A program made the translations under genes and the position numbers. Positions 44,962-54,312 of a DNA stretch of 64,000 bases are shown in pieces. The stretch's first letter is position 1, and each line of letters begins with the position of its first letter. The notes below the pieces were generated by a model that saw only the letters and a program-made list of their open reading frames with translations, had not been told where the DNA came from and did no database searches. This stretch comes from Chthonomonas sp. (GTDB taxonomy: Bacteria; Armatimonadota; Fimbriimonadia; Fimbriimonadales; Fimbriimonadaceae): NCBI GenBank assembly GCA_040383535.1, contig JBEIDH010000011.1, forward strand, positions 421 to 64,420, given 5' to 3'.

Positions 44962-46332
44962 TCAAACGATTGGTCCAAAGCGAAGCAAAAGCCCCTGCTT
45001 TGTTAATGGTGTTAATTTTACTCGTTCGGCTGGGCCAATTCCTGGAATCCAGATTGGACCTACGAAATCGCAAATGACTGGAATGCGTTTACGGGCAGTC
45101 GATGTGATCTTGGTTCCCGAAAATAGGTCAGAAACAGCTTTCGGTTTTTCCAGGCCAATGCGATGGAACACCTCGCCTTGGGTTGCCGCACGGAAATAAA
45201 CTTCACCTTTTACTGTCTGCACATCAATGCACGTTGAGAGTTGGTGAAGGTCGCGGACTAATTCGGGATCAGAGGTCCTTTCCGCTGTTATCATCCAGCC
45301 AAATGAATCGGCGAAAGTCTCGCCTGGAATGGTTACTGGGTACCTGAAACTTCCGACATCGTCGAGAGAACGAGCATGAATCTGCAGATTATTCCACTCC
45401 AACACGATCCTGGCTCCCGGGTAGGTCACGCTTCCTGAGGACTGTTCGTTGATTTGCTGTGCGACCAAGTCCGCCCACGACGGCTCGGAACCTGATCCCA
45501 GTGCTTGACCGACAAGTTGAATTCCTCTCCGTTGCATTGCCCTTGGCAAAGCTCTAAATCCATCGGTTTCCAGGAACACTTCGTCTGACTTGGACAGGAA
45601 TCCAAACACTGGGTCGAGAGGAATTTCAATTTGCTCGAGCTGACGGGCGGTGACAAGATTCAGCAGATCGTCTTCTTGGGCGGCCCACTCTGCGGTTCGG
45701 GTAAGTCCATTGAGCAGGCTTGGATTGAGCTCTTTGAGGGCAGGGACAACCGACTTCCGAACTCTTACCCGGGAATTTGATTCGTCGTCATTCGCGGGGT
45801 CATCGTGGAACCAGAGACCATTCTCCTTGCAATAATCACGGGTTTGACTTCGTGATATGTGCAAGATTGGGCGAATGATGCTGTCTCTTTCTTCTGGAAT
45901 TCCAGCCAAGCCCTTTAAGCTCGTTCCTCGTGCCAGGTTGAGCAGAATCGTTTCCGCATGGTCATCGGCCGTGTGCGCGGTAGCAATGAAGGTGCATTGC
46001 AGTTGGCTGGCGGCTTGATTGAAAAATCCGTAACGGGCGGTTCGTCCGGCCTCTTCCATACTCATGCCGAGTTCACTTGACATCCGGGGCACATCGGCTC
46101 GGCCACTTACGAACGGGACGCCCAGTTCTTCGCAGAATGCCTCGCAAAGTTTGAGTTCCTGATCAGCTTCCGGTCTCATTCCATGATGCAGATGAGCCGC
46201 AATGACGTCTAACCCAGCTTCGGCCGCTTGATGTAACAAAAAAGTGGAATCTGCTCCCCCGCTATACCCAATCAAAACTCTCGAACCATGCGGCACAAGG
46301 CGATTCCAGCGAGCTAAAACATCGTTCTGCAT
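44962..46332 (-). CDS. tilS: tRNA(Ile)-lysidine synthetase
   Basis: PP-loop GYSGGADS. Conserved tilS-ftsH synteny. Confidence 0.9.
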   Translation of the reverse strand: MQNDVLARWNRLVPHGSRVLIGYSGGADSTFLLHQAAEAGLDVIAAHLHHGMRPEADQELKLCEAFCEELGVPFVSGRADVPRMSSELGMSMEEAGRTARYGFFNQAASQLQCTFIATAHTADDHAETILLNLARGTSLKGLAGIPEERDSIIRPILHISRSQTRDYCKENGLWFHDDPANDDESNSRVRVRKSVVPALKELNPSLLNGLTRTAEWAAQEDDLLNLVTARQLEQIEIPLDPVFGFLSKSDEVFLETDGFRALPRAMQRRGIQLVGQALGSGSEPSWADLVAQQINEQSSGSVTYPGARIVLEWNNLQIHARSLDDVGSFRYPVTIPGETFADSFGWMITAERTSDPELVRDLHQLSTCIDVQTVKGEVYFRAATQGEVFHRIGLEKPKAVSDLFSGTKITSTARKRIPVICDFVGPIWIPGIGPAERVKLTPLTKQGLLLRFGPIV

Positions 46333-46411
46333 AGTTCTTTCGGGTTATCCCAGCAAAATATATGTTACCCCTTGTCTACGTACATCGTCCCGGTGTATTC
46401 TCTTTACAACG

Positions 46412-47929
46412 ATGGACTACGGAGCTATAGGAATTGGACTCACTTTGGGGTTGTTGATTGCGGGAATCTTGGTATTCCTTTTTTCGCAAAAAACCCTTTC
46501 TTCGGTCCGGGCTGATCACGACAAAGTCCGGCAGGGGCTTGAAAACGAGCGGAATGATGCTAAGGCACTTATTGCTAGACTCGAAGAGCGAGTTACCCAG
46601 GTAGATCGGCTTGAAAATGAGGTGATTTCACGAGATTCCGCACTCAATGACATGCGCGAAGAAATCGCGAATTTTCGTGAGGAGAGGCGGGCTTTGGAGG
46701 TTTCGCTGCAGGAACGGGAGATCGCGCTAGGAACCGAGCGGGACCAAATGGTTCAACTCAAGAAAGAGTTTCAAGCGCAATTTGCTGAGCTATCGGCGGT
46801 GGCTCTAAAGGAGAATAGCGAAGCATTTTTGAATTCTGCGAAGAAAGTTCTGGCTTTACAGCATCAAGAGGCTGATGCCGATCTGACGAAGCGTCAGGAA
46901 CAGATCCAGCAACTGGTGAAACCGATCCATGAAGGCATTAAGGCAGTCAGCGATGCGGCTAAGGAAATGGAGCTGAAGCGGGAAAAAGCGTTTGGCACGA
47001 TCGAGGAGCAGCTGAAGCAGTCGATTGAGCATGCCGCCGAAGTAGCCCGGCAGGCAAGCGGACTAAAAGATGCTCTGAAAAAGCCGAATGTTCGTGGTCG
47101 TTGGGGTGAAGTTCAGCTGAAAAATTGTATTGAGCTTGCGGGGATGGAGGAGCACTGCGATGTGGTTTTCCAGGACTCCACCACGAATGAGGATGGCAAG
47201 ATGTCCCGACCAGACATGATAGTCCGCATGCCGGGCGGGAGGAAGATTGCCGTCGATGCCAAGACTCCTATGGAGTACTTTATCCAGTTCGTGGAGGCCA
47301 ATACCGACGAGGAGCGAACAGCAGCTTTGATAGGTCACGGTCGTGGGGTACGTACCCACGTCTCGAACTTGGCAAAAACCGATTACATGCAGAATGTTGC
47401 TGGAAGTCCAGATTTTGTCGTAATGTTCCTTCCAAATGAATCGTTCCTCGCGATGGCATTGGAGAAAGAGCCGTCGCTTATGGAGGAGGCTCTTTCAAAG
47501 AAGGTGCTGATCACGACACCAGGAACTTTGGTTGGTTTACTCAAGGTGATCCGGTACGGCTGGAACGAGCAGAAAATCGCGATCAACGCCCAGAATATCG
47601 CCGATGCAGGCGCAAAGCTCAATACGGAAATTTCTCGATTCCTAGATGATTTTGCAAAGGTTGGCTTGGCATTGCAAGCGGCTACGGAAGCATTTGACAA
47701 TAGTAAGCGCCGCGTCGAGAAGCAAATCGCGAACACCTCAGCGAACCTCACTGCTTTGGGCGCAAGAAGCAAAAAGGAATTGGACAAAAAGTCGGCGAAG
47801 TTTCTTAACCTTGGGGAAGCTGAAGGAGAGGGTAGTGAACGTGAAGAGATTGCTGGCGGAGCAGTCGTGGAACTCGGTGAAGACTTGGCCGCGCTTCCCT
47901 TTGGAGACGGGGACGGAGCTGAAGATTGA
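46412..47929 (+). CDS. rmuC: DNA recombination protein RmuC
   Basis: N-terminal TM, long coiled coil, and C-terminal RmuC nuclease-like region (RGRWGEVQLKN...PDMIVRMPGGRKIAVDAK...FLPNE). The track ORF start at 46244 overlaps tilS and is rejected. Confidence 0.88.
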   Translation: MDYGAIGIGLTLGLLIAGILVFLFSQKTLSSVRADHDKVRQGLENERNDAKALIARLEERVTQVDRLENEVISRDSALNDMREEIANFREERRALEVSLQEREIALGTERDQMVQLKKEFQAQFAELSAVALKENSEAFLNSAKKVLALQHQEADADLTKRQEQIQQLVKPIHEGIKAVSDAAKEMELKREKAFGTIEEQLKQSIEHAAEVARQASGLKDALKKPNVRGRWGEVQLKNCIELAGMEEHCDVVFQDSTTNEDGKMSRPDMIVRMPGGRKIAVDAKTPMEYFIQFVEANTDEERTAALIGHGRGVRTHVSNLAKTDYMQNVAGSPDFVVMFLPNESFLAMALEKEPSLMEEALSKKVLITTPGTLVGLLKVIRYGWNEQKIAINAQNIADAGAKLNTEISRFLDDFAKVGLALQAATEAFDNSKRRVEKQIANTSANLTALGARSKKELDKKSAKFLNLGEAEGEGSEREEIAGGAVVELGEDLAALPFGDGDGAED

Positions 47930-48567
47930 ACTTCGTCTTGACTCCGGGAGAGACTGAAACTGGTTTTCTGACCCTTCATCCACAAGAGTTTGTATATGTA
48001 AATCCGGCTCACATTTTGAGTCATGACCCAACTCTAGATTTGGATCAAGGGGCACCGAATTGGATGCCGCAGCCGATGCAAAAACTGATTGCAAAATCCG
48101 GCTCCGAGCCGATAATGAAAGCAGCGTACGGTAAAGGACAGGCAATTTTGACAACTGGATTTCCCGGGAAATTGACATTGCACCGGTTGCCAGGAAACTT
48201 CCGAGTACGATCAGGCGCTCTCGTCGCACGGGATTCGACGATTGGTCGGAAATCGAGTCAATCATTCAGCTTAAATCAGCAGCTTGTTGAGCTCGAGGGA
48301 GACGGTGATCTCTTGTTAGCAACCCGAGGGTCACTTATTTTGATTGAGCTTGACTTCGATCAGATTCAGCATGTCAGCGCATTTAATTTTGTGGGAATTG
48401 CAGGGCGGGCGAGCATCAAACTGAGTCGTTATCCGGCACGCGTTGATGCGAAGAGTGGACAATGGTCGCCGACTTTTCATGTGGTGACTGGCCCCGGAAC
48501 AATTTGGATGCAGTCACAATCCGAGCCTGTACTGCCGTACCAACTTCGCAAAGTGGGGAAGAAGTAG
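47926..48567 (+). CDS. hypothetical protein, possibly AIM24/DUF124-like
   Basis: TTG start overlaps the rmuC stop. Pattern GFPGKL..L.G..RVRSGALVA...ELEGDGDLLL...GPGTIWMQSQ resembles the AIM24 family as recalled from memory. Confidence 0.45.
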   Translation: MNFVLTPGETETGFLTLHPQEFVYVNPAHILSHDPTLDLDQGAPNWMPQPMQKLIAKSGSEPIMKAAYGKGQAILTTGFPGKLTLHRLPGNFRVRSGALVARDSTIGRKSSQSFSLNQQLVELEGDGDLLLATRGSLILIELDFDQIQHVSAFNFVGIAGRASIKLSRYPARVDAKSGQWSPTFHVVTGPGTIWMQSQSEPVLPYQLRKVGKK

Positions 48568-48569
48568 CG

Positions 48570-49010
48570 ATGTTGTGGCGTACTTCGTATGCAACAACTC
48601 TTCTGGACGCTTCGGATTTCTCGTGTCCCACCGGATTCCTATTGACAGGGGATGTTTGGCAACCAGAGGGAGCATTCTGTATCGCGCTCGCACTTACGGA
48701 AGAGGGTATTCGCAACCTTGGCGTTTGGCGTCGATTGTTCGATTCCGTACCCACAATTCTTGGTTACCTGGGCTACGTCCGGACGGGACTCGCGGACGAG
48801 ACTTGGAGCCAAATTCCGGATTTGACTCCGCCGTCGGCATGGCAACGGACGATCTTGATTGAGCACCTTCCTGATTGCTTGCAGGCGCTTGTCGTTGACT
48901 CAAAAGTCATTGGATTCGTTTGCGATGGGGCGAGTATTCTCCACGCTGTATCCGGTCCACCGACCGAGGATGCTTGGGAAGAATTTTGCTCCATGACGAT
49001 AATTAGCTGA
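48570..49010 (+). CDS. hypothetical protein
   Basis: 146-aa ORF starting 2 nt after the upstream stop. No family recognised. Confidence 0.45.
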   Translation: MLWRTSYATTLLDASDFSCPTGFLLTGDVWQPEGAFCIALALTEEGIRNLGVWRRLFDSVPTILGYLGYVRTGLADETWSQIPDLTPPSAWQRTILIEHLPDCLQALVVDSKVIGFVCDGASILHAVSGPPTEDAWEEFCSMTIIS

Positions 49011-49339
49011 GTGATCGCCACTGTCTATCTATTTTGCTTGATTATCACGCAAGCAATGCCGATGACAGGTCAGACGGAACTGTGTGGTTTCAGCAATCCT
49101 TTTGGTGAGGTCATTTTGATCCACAAAGAGCTCGTCTTGGTGCAAGAAAGGGGACCCGGGATAGGGACCAGCACGACAAGGACGGTTCAATGAATTTTGA
49201 CGTTGATTTAGATTATTTAGTCCAGCATGGCCTAACCTAAGATTATTCCCTAACAATAGCGATGTCGTGCGGTTACAGCGCTGCCCGATCAGCTTTCTTT
49301 TCCACCTAGTTATCGTCTAAAATCAAAACAAAGTTTGTA

Positions 49340-50386
49340 ATGGTAGAACGCACCGAGTCCCAAGACCCCAATCCTACATCGAAGCGAGTGACTCTGACCG
49401 ACGTCGCGCTCGCATCTGGGGTTTCCGTTCAAACTGCTTCGCATGTAATGTCGGGAAATCTAAAGGTTCGATTGCCAGAAACCACAAGAGATCGCGTCAA
49501 GGAAGCGGCGAAGAAGCTCGGTTATCAACCAAATCGTCTGGCACAAGCAATGAAAACAGGGAAAACCAACATGGTTTCCCTTTGGATGCCAATTGACCGT
49601 CCCAACTACTTTTTTATGCGGACACTGACCGAACTGAGCAAAGCCGTTAAGGATGACCATTATGACCTCATGGTTGTCGGTCTTGAGTCAGCTCAGGCCT
49701 ATGGTGAGGAAACTCGTTTGCCTTACCAGTGGCCGGTGGATGGTGTGATGTCCATTGATGCGGGCCGTGCGATGAACACCTGGAGAACGACTCCTGGCAA
49801 TGAGCGCATTCCGCTCTCGATATTAGGAAATGAGTCGTTCGATTTTGCCGACACTGTAAGCTGGAATGTCATTGAGGGTTCGCGCAGTGTTATCCGCAGA
49901 TTTATTGCAAACGACTGCAGAAAGATCGTTCACGTCAGTCCGAGCTGGGTCCTAGAAAGATTTCCGAAGGAGCAACGCCGTCGTGGGTATTTCGAAGCAA
50001 TGGACGAAGCCGGTTTGGAGCCTGTTTTCATTGGCACAGCGGAGGAATCAGCGAGTTCAGCCGCCGCCGCGATCTCAGCTTACATCCAGTCGCATGGTGT
50101 GCCAGATGCCTTCTCCTGCTTTACGGATACCTTCGCAATTGGAGCGATGCGCGCTTTGCTGGAAAAGGGTGTTTCCGTTCCAAATGACTGCCAAGTGATC
50201 GGATTTGGTAATTTTCCGGAGGCCGAGGATCACCGAATTCCGATTTCAACGGTGGTTGCGCCGATTACGCAAATCGTTCCCCAGGCTTGGACCTGGCTCA
50301 ATGAGCGAATTCAGGCGCCGAACTTGGAATCCAGGTCGATGATGTTTGAAATGGACATCATTCTCCGAGCCACAACCAGAGTTTAA
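49340..50386 (+). CDS. LacI family transcriptional regulator
   Basis: HTH VTLTDVALASGVSVQTASHVMSG plus a periplasmic-binding-like effector domain. Confidence 0.9.
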   Translation: MVERTESQDPNPTSKRVTLTDVALASGVSVQTASHVMSGNLKVRLPETTRDRVKEAAKKLGYQPNRLAQAMKTGKTNMVSLWMPIDRPNYFFMRTLTELSKAVKDDHYDLMVVGLESAQAYGEETRLPYQWPVDGVMSIDAGRAMNTWRTTPGNERIPLSILGNESFDFADTVSWNVIEGSRSVIRRFIANDCRKIVHVSPSWVLERFPKEQRRRGYFEAMDEAGLEPVFIGTAEESASSAAAAISAYIQSHGVPDAFSCFTDTFAIGAMRALLEKGVSVPNDCQVIGFGNFPEAEDHRIPISTVVAPITQIVPQAWTWLNERIQAPNLESRSMMFEMDIILRATTRV

Positions 50387-50390
50387 AGAG

Positions 50391-50421
50391 AGACCGTCAC
50401 CACTCGGAGTGGTGACGGTCT
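50391..50421. terminator. 14-bp perfect hairpin between convergent genes
   Basis: agaccgtcaccact-cgg-agtggtgacggtct. Only a weak U-tract (ctcttt on the minus side). Confidence 0.5.
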
Positions 50422-50441
50422 TAGGTGCTGAAGATTCAGCC

Positions 50442-52136
50442 TTAGCTTGCTTTTGCGGTCTGAAGATTTTCTTCGATCACCGCAGATTGAAGGTGTGGAG
50501 CGGATTCCATTAGCAGCTTAACCAGGTCCTTTCGGATTGTTCTTGGACGATTCTTCATCCGATCCCACATCCATTGCGCGAATTCGATGTCGCTGGCCTG
50601 TGAAAGCAAATCAAATTCATACTGGTCAATCTTGACCGGGAATGATTTCTCCCACTTCGCATCAAATGGAACACGGATTTGTACTCCAGCCGGAGCTTCT
50701 GTGATTTGCGGCCATTCTTCCAAAGTTGCTAGATCCCATTTCCATTGAAAAATCTCTTTGTTTCGTTCAATGCAATCGTTGTACTTATTGGACTTGTTAT
50801 CCATAAGTGCGCCGAAAGTCTGGGACCCATGATGCCAAAGGTATGAACCCTCAGCGATCCAAAGCGAGTAACCCGCAAGCTTGCATCGTAGATTGTGATC
50901 GTCGTCTTCGAAGTTTCCGATGTTGAATCGAGGATCAAAACCACCGACTTCTGCAAGGCACTCTCTTCCAAAGAGCATAAACATTCCACGAATCTGAAAT
51001 ACCTCGGTAAGGGTGCTGTGCTTTTGGCTGTGATATTGTTCGGCATTAAAGTACAAGCTTGCCGAGTCGGAAACCGTTCCAATATCAACCTTCTGTCGGC
51101 CGTTGATGTTCGTGGTTACGGGAGCGACTGCGCCGATTTTGATGCCGTTTGACTCCAAAGCTTTGTATGCCATGACCAACTCAACGACAGTTGATGGTAC
51201 GGCAGCAACATCGTCATTTGTTACGCCGATAATGTCGAGATTTAATCCAGACAAGTACTCAAAGCCGATATTGGAACCGATACCATAGCCTTGATTCTCT
51301 TCAACGGAGATAATCTTGACGATCTCTGGCATCGTAAGCTCAAATTTTCTCCACTCATTTAGCGTTGCGAGGCTTGATCCATTTGCAACGACTGCAAACT
51401 GTAGCTTCCCAGGATAGAACCGTGTGAGGTGAACAATGGTTTCCATTCCGTGCTGAATGTTGTTAACCGTTGGCATACTCAAGCCAATGCTTGGCCACTG
51501 CGGAAGCTCGCCATCACCAATGACGGCAATACAATACATCGCATCGTCATCTAGGCCTTCTGTGATGAGACCTGGCCATCGGGAGGCTTGACTGAGAAAT
51601 CTGACTTGCCGACCCTCGTAAATCTTGTTCACGAGTTCTGCGAATTCATTTGGTGTCCATTCGATCGTGTGGTACGGGTTTAGAGGCTTGTCTTCGAGCT
51701 TGTTTCCAGGGGAATGGGTCTTGCGATTGGGGGTGCTAATGACGATTTTGCCTTTGCAGGAGGCAAAGGCACGGAGAAGCTTCTCTGGATCAGGAACGTG
51801 CTCGATCGTCTCGAAGCTTACGACGAGATCGGCTTGGGAGTAATCTGCCTCGCAAACGTCCTGAACATCAAATTTGGTTTTTGGGTATCGGGTTTTCGCG
51901 TGGTTGATCGCTTCTTCGCTAAGGTCAATACCGTAGGATGACTCAGCATAGTTTGCGGCGAAAGCGATTCCGTAGCCCTCTCCGCTCGCGGCGTCCATGA
52001 CTTTGGCGTCTTGGTACCAAGGGCGGAAGTAAAGGTACCTCTGCCAGTGAAACAGTTCGGTCGCGGTATCGCAAAGACCGGGGATCATTCGTTCGCCCGT
52101 CCAGGCGAGGGTGGGGATATTTTGTCCGCTACTCAT
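50442..52136 (-). CDS. fusion of class I SAM-dependent methyltransferase and family 2 glycosyltransferase
   Basis: N-terminal VMDAASGEGYG...VVSFETIEHV and C-terminal GT2 (NQGYGIGSN, VTNDD, NFEDDDHNLR). Confidence 0.85.
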   Translation of the reverse strand: MSSGQNIPTLAWTGERMIPGLCDTATELFHWQRYLYFRPWYQDAKVMDAASGEGYGIAFAANYAESSYGIDLSEEAINHAKTRYPKTKFDVQDVCEADYSQADLVVSFETIEHVPDPEKLLRAFASCKGKIVISTPNRKTHSPGNKLEDKPLNPYHTIEWTPNEFAELVNKIYEGRQVRFLSQASRWPGLITEGLDDDAMYCIAVIGDGELPQWPSIGLSMPTVNNIQHGMETIVHLTRFYPGKLQFAVVANGSSLATLNEWRKFELTMPEIVKIISVEENQGYGIGSNIGFEYLSGLNLDIIGVTNDDVAAVPSTVVELVMAYKALESNGIKIGAVAPVTTNINGRQKVDIGTVSDSASLYFNAEQYHSQKHSTLTEVFQIRGMFMLFGRECLAEVGGFDPRFNIGNFEDDDHNLRCKLAGYSLWIAEGSYLWHHGSQTFGALMDNKSNKYNDCIERNKEIFQWKWDLATLEEWPQITEAPAGVQIRVPFDAKWEKSFPVKIDQYEFDLLSQASDIEFAQWMWDRMKNRPRTIRKDLVKLLMESAPHLQSAVIEENLQTAKAS

Positions 52137-52319
52137 GCTAGTGTTTTTATCGGCACGAGTTTTTGAAACCTAGAGGGTCGTGTGAGATTTTCTCAGTAAA
52201 TAGCTAAGAGAGAGCCTCATGGTTGGTCACTTTTTGTCGTAATGATCGTCACTACTTAAGGCGTGTCCTCAAGATGAAGCGATGTTTAGCTTCGTTTTAG
52301 AGCGAATTTTCAAAAAGTA

Positions 52320-52348
52320 TTGAAACATATCACTGGATTGTGTACAAT
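52320..52348 (+). promoter_or_regulatory. strong sigma-70-like promoter TTGAAA-17 nt-TACAAT, with GGAGGA RBS at 52353..52358
   Basis: Near-consensus hexamers with optimal spacing, 21 nt upstream of the clpS ATG at 52370. Confidence 0.6.
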
Positions 52349-52369
52349 CCATGGAGGACGCAATTTTTC

Positions 52370-52657
52370 ATGAGTCAAGTCATTTCACTACCTATATCCC
52401 AAGGGCCAGAGGTTCAGTCGAACCGCTGGATGGTTGTGATCTTTAATGATGATCACACTCCCTTTGATGTCGTCATTTTTACCCTTATGATTGCGACCAA
52501 TTGCAGTCGAGAGGAAGCCGAGCTAGAGACGTGGGAAGCTCACCACATCGGGCGAGCTTCCGTGCATTTCGCATCCGAAGAAGAGTGCCTTGCCGTGGCA
52601 GATGTGATTCGACGGGCTGGAGTGAAGGTCGAAGTGTGTGCAGAATGGAAAGACTAA
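52370..52657 (+). CDS. clpS: ATP-dependent Clp protease adaptor ClpS (paralog 1)
   Basis: VVIFNDDHTPFDVVIFTLM...EAELETWEAHHIGRASV. Start supported by RBS and promoter. Confidence 0.9.
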   Translation: MSQVISLPISQGPEVQSNRWMVVIFNDDHTPFDVVIFTLMIATNCSREEAELETWEAHHIGRASVHFASEEECLAVADVIRRAGVKVEVCAEWKD

Positions 52658-52953
52658 TGAGCCCGATGATGAGCACACTTGAGCAACCGCTGATTCGAGA
52701 ATTGATCGAATCCATGCCTTCACGGGACTGGATCGTCACGGTGTTCAACAACGATCACAATACTTACGATGAGGTCATTATGATTCTGCTCGTTGCCACT
52801 GATTGCTCAATGGAAGAAGCCGAGATTGAAACTTGGGAAATTGATCACCTTGGTAAATCGGTCGTCCATCACGGCTCAGAAAGTGAGTGCCACGACGTAG
52901 CAAAGGTCATCTCCACGATAGGCATTCGGGTGGAAGTCGCCCAAGAACTCTAA
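52657..52953 (+). CDS. clpS: ClpS paralog 2
   Basis: VTVFNNDHNTYDEVIMILL...EAEIETWEIDHLGKSVV. The ATG overlaps the paralog 1 stop (TAATG). Confidence 0.85.
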   Translation: MSPMMSTLEQPLIRELIESMPSRDWIVTVFNNDHNTYDEVIMILLVATDCSMEEAEIETWEIDHLGKSVVHHGSESECHDVAKVISTIGIRVEVAQEL

Positions 52954-52967
52954 TTCCTGGGTAAGAG

Positions 52968-53006
52968 AAAAATCCTCGGAGCGAATCGCTCCGAGGATTT
53001 CTGTTT
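52968..53006. terminator. bidirectional intrinsic terminator
   Basis: Perfect 13-bp stem aatcctcggagcg/cgctccgaggatt, with an A-run upstream and tttctgttt downstream. Confidence 0.8.
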
Positions 53007-53021
53007 GCCTGAGAGAAAAAG

Positions 53022-53672
53022 TCAGTCTTTGGACTTAACTTCCCGTTCAAAGGTGACCTTCATGCCAGCCTTGATTCCTTTTCGCTTGAGGAGTCCCGGT
53101 TTGAATTCTAGGGCGTACATTGCCTTGCCCTTCGAGGGAGTGAGGTTCTGATCCATCGCCTTCATTGTGGCTACGGTAAGAATCTTCTTTGCGGGGCTTA
53201 AATATGCGATGTCCAGATCCGCGTAGCAATTCGCCATCCAGAATCCTCGTTCGGTTGCATCTGGAAAAACGAACAGCATGCATTGATGCGGCTTATAGTC
53301 TTCCGCAACGAGGTACATCATGCCTTCTGCTCGTTTGGCGTCCGTATCCATGATCCAAGCTGTAAATTCATGCTCGCCGTCAATCTTGATCTTTACGGTT
53401 TCTAATTCGTGAAGTTGATAAAGCCGGCGTGGATTGTCGGCTGGCTTTTCTTCAGTTGCTGGCGATTGAGTTTGAGGTTCGCTGGCGGTTGTTTGAGGTG
53501 TCTTGATTTCCTCTTGAGGCGGAGTTGCGATGGGTTCAACAGGTTTCGGAGATTCAACCGGAGTTGGGGTGTTTGTGGGGGCTGCGGTGGAATTTGAACC
53601 ACATGCACCCACCATCAGTAGCACGGAAAGAATTCCTCCGGCGATCATTAATCCAAACTGTTTTTGTTTCAA
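53022..53672 (-). CDS. DUF192-domain lipoprotein with Pro/Thr-rich linker
   Basis: Lipobox LMVGAC, a linker PTNTPTPVESPKPVEPIATPPQEE, then a DUF192-like core (MLFVFPD...FWMANCYADLDIAYL). Confidence 0.7.
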   Translation of the reverse strand: MKQKQFGLMIAGGILSVLLMVGACGSNSTAAPTNTPTPVESPKPVEPIATPPQEEIKTPQTTASEPQTQSPATEEKPADNPRRLYQLHELETVKIKIDGEHEFTAWIMDTDAKRAEGMMYLVAEDYKPHQCMLFVFPDATERGFWMANCYADLDIAYLSPAKKILTVATMKAMDQNLTPSKGKAMYALEFKPGLLKRKGIKAGMKVTFEREVKSKD

Positions 53673-54268
53673 GCTGTTACTCCTGTAGGGATAAACGTTT
53701 CGAGCTGAGATTCGTATTCTCTAATCTTGTCTTCGTGTTGCATTGTCATGCCGATCAAGTCAAGCCCAGCGATGAGCTGCATCTTTGTCGCTTCTCCGAT
53801 CTCAAACTTCGCAATCCCTGCCGCACTCGTGACGGTTTGGTTTGGAAGATCAATACTTACTTCTGCACCGGAGCCTAGCGCAGCAATTGCGTCGTGATCC
53901 GCGGCAGAAAGATCAATTAAAGCAAGTCCGCAATTCCCGGCATTTCCTCGGAAGATGTCGCTGTAAGCCGGACTATCGTCGGTGATCTTTGCGATCACGA
54001 CTTTATAACCCGCTTGCTGAATCGCCCAAACCGCATGCTCGCGACTACTGCCACAACCGAAGTTGGTTCCAACGATCAGGATGTCTGCCCCCTTGGCTTC
54101 GGGTTGATCAAGAGGGAAGTCGTGCCCCTTCACGTCGGCAAACAGCAGTTCTCCGTACCCACTTCGGGTGACCATGCTCAAAAAGCGCGCGGGAATAATG
54201 CGATCCGTATCAACATGATCCGAATTGTAAACCGCGATCCTTCCGGTGTGGGTTGTAAAGCCGCTCAT
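53669..54268 (-). CDS. leuD: 3-isopropylmalate dehydratase small subunit
   Basis: HVDTDRIIPARFL...GTNFGCGSSREHAVWA...GLDLIGMT. Start at ATG 54268. Confidence 0.9.
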   Translation of the reverse strand: MSGFTTHTGRIAVYNSDHVDTDRIIPARFLSMVTRSGYGELLFADVKGHDFPLDQPEAKGADILIVGTNFGCGSSREHAVWAIQQAGYKVVIAKITDDSPAYSDIFRGNAGNCGLALIDLSAADHDAIAALGSGAEVSIDLPNQTVTSAAGIAKFEIGEATKMQLIAGLDLIGMTMQHEDKIREYESQLETFIPTGVTA

Positions 54269-54312
54269 ATCGAAAGTTTGGCACAAAACCAAAACCACCA
54301 ACACATATTCAC

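Noticed and set aside
46244-46411. Upstream extension of the rmuC ORF overlapping the tilS 5' end.
   Set aside because: The extension is Cys/Arg-rich and overlaps tilS coding sequence on the other strand. The typical RmuC N-terminal TM helix begins at the ATG at 46412.
49011-49193. 60-aa GTG-initiated ORF after the rmuC-linked genes.
   Set aside because: Not called as a feature. It is short with no homology, and only the overlap geometry supports it. It is mentioned under the rmuC finding as something to test.
52501-52656. Extended ORF for the second clpS overlapping the first.
   Set aside because: The extension is out of frame within clpS1 and Arg-rich. The conserved ClpS core begins after the ATG at 52657.
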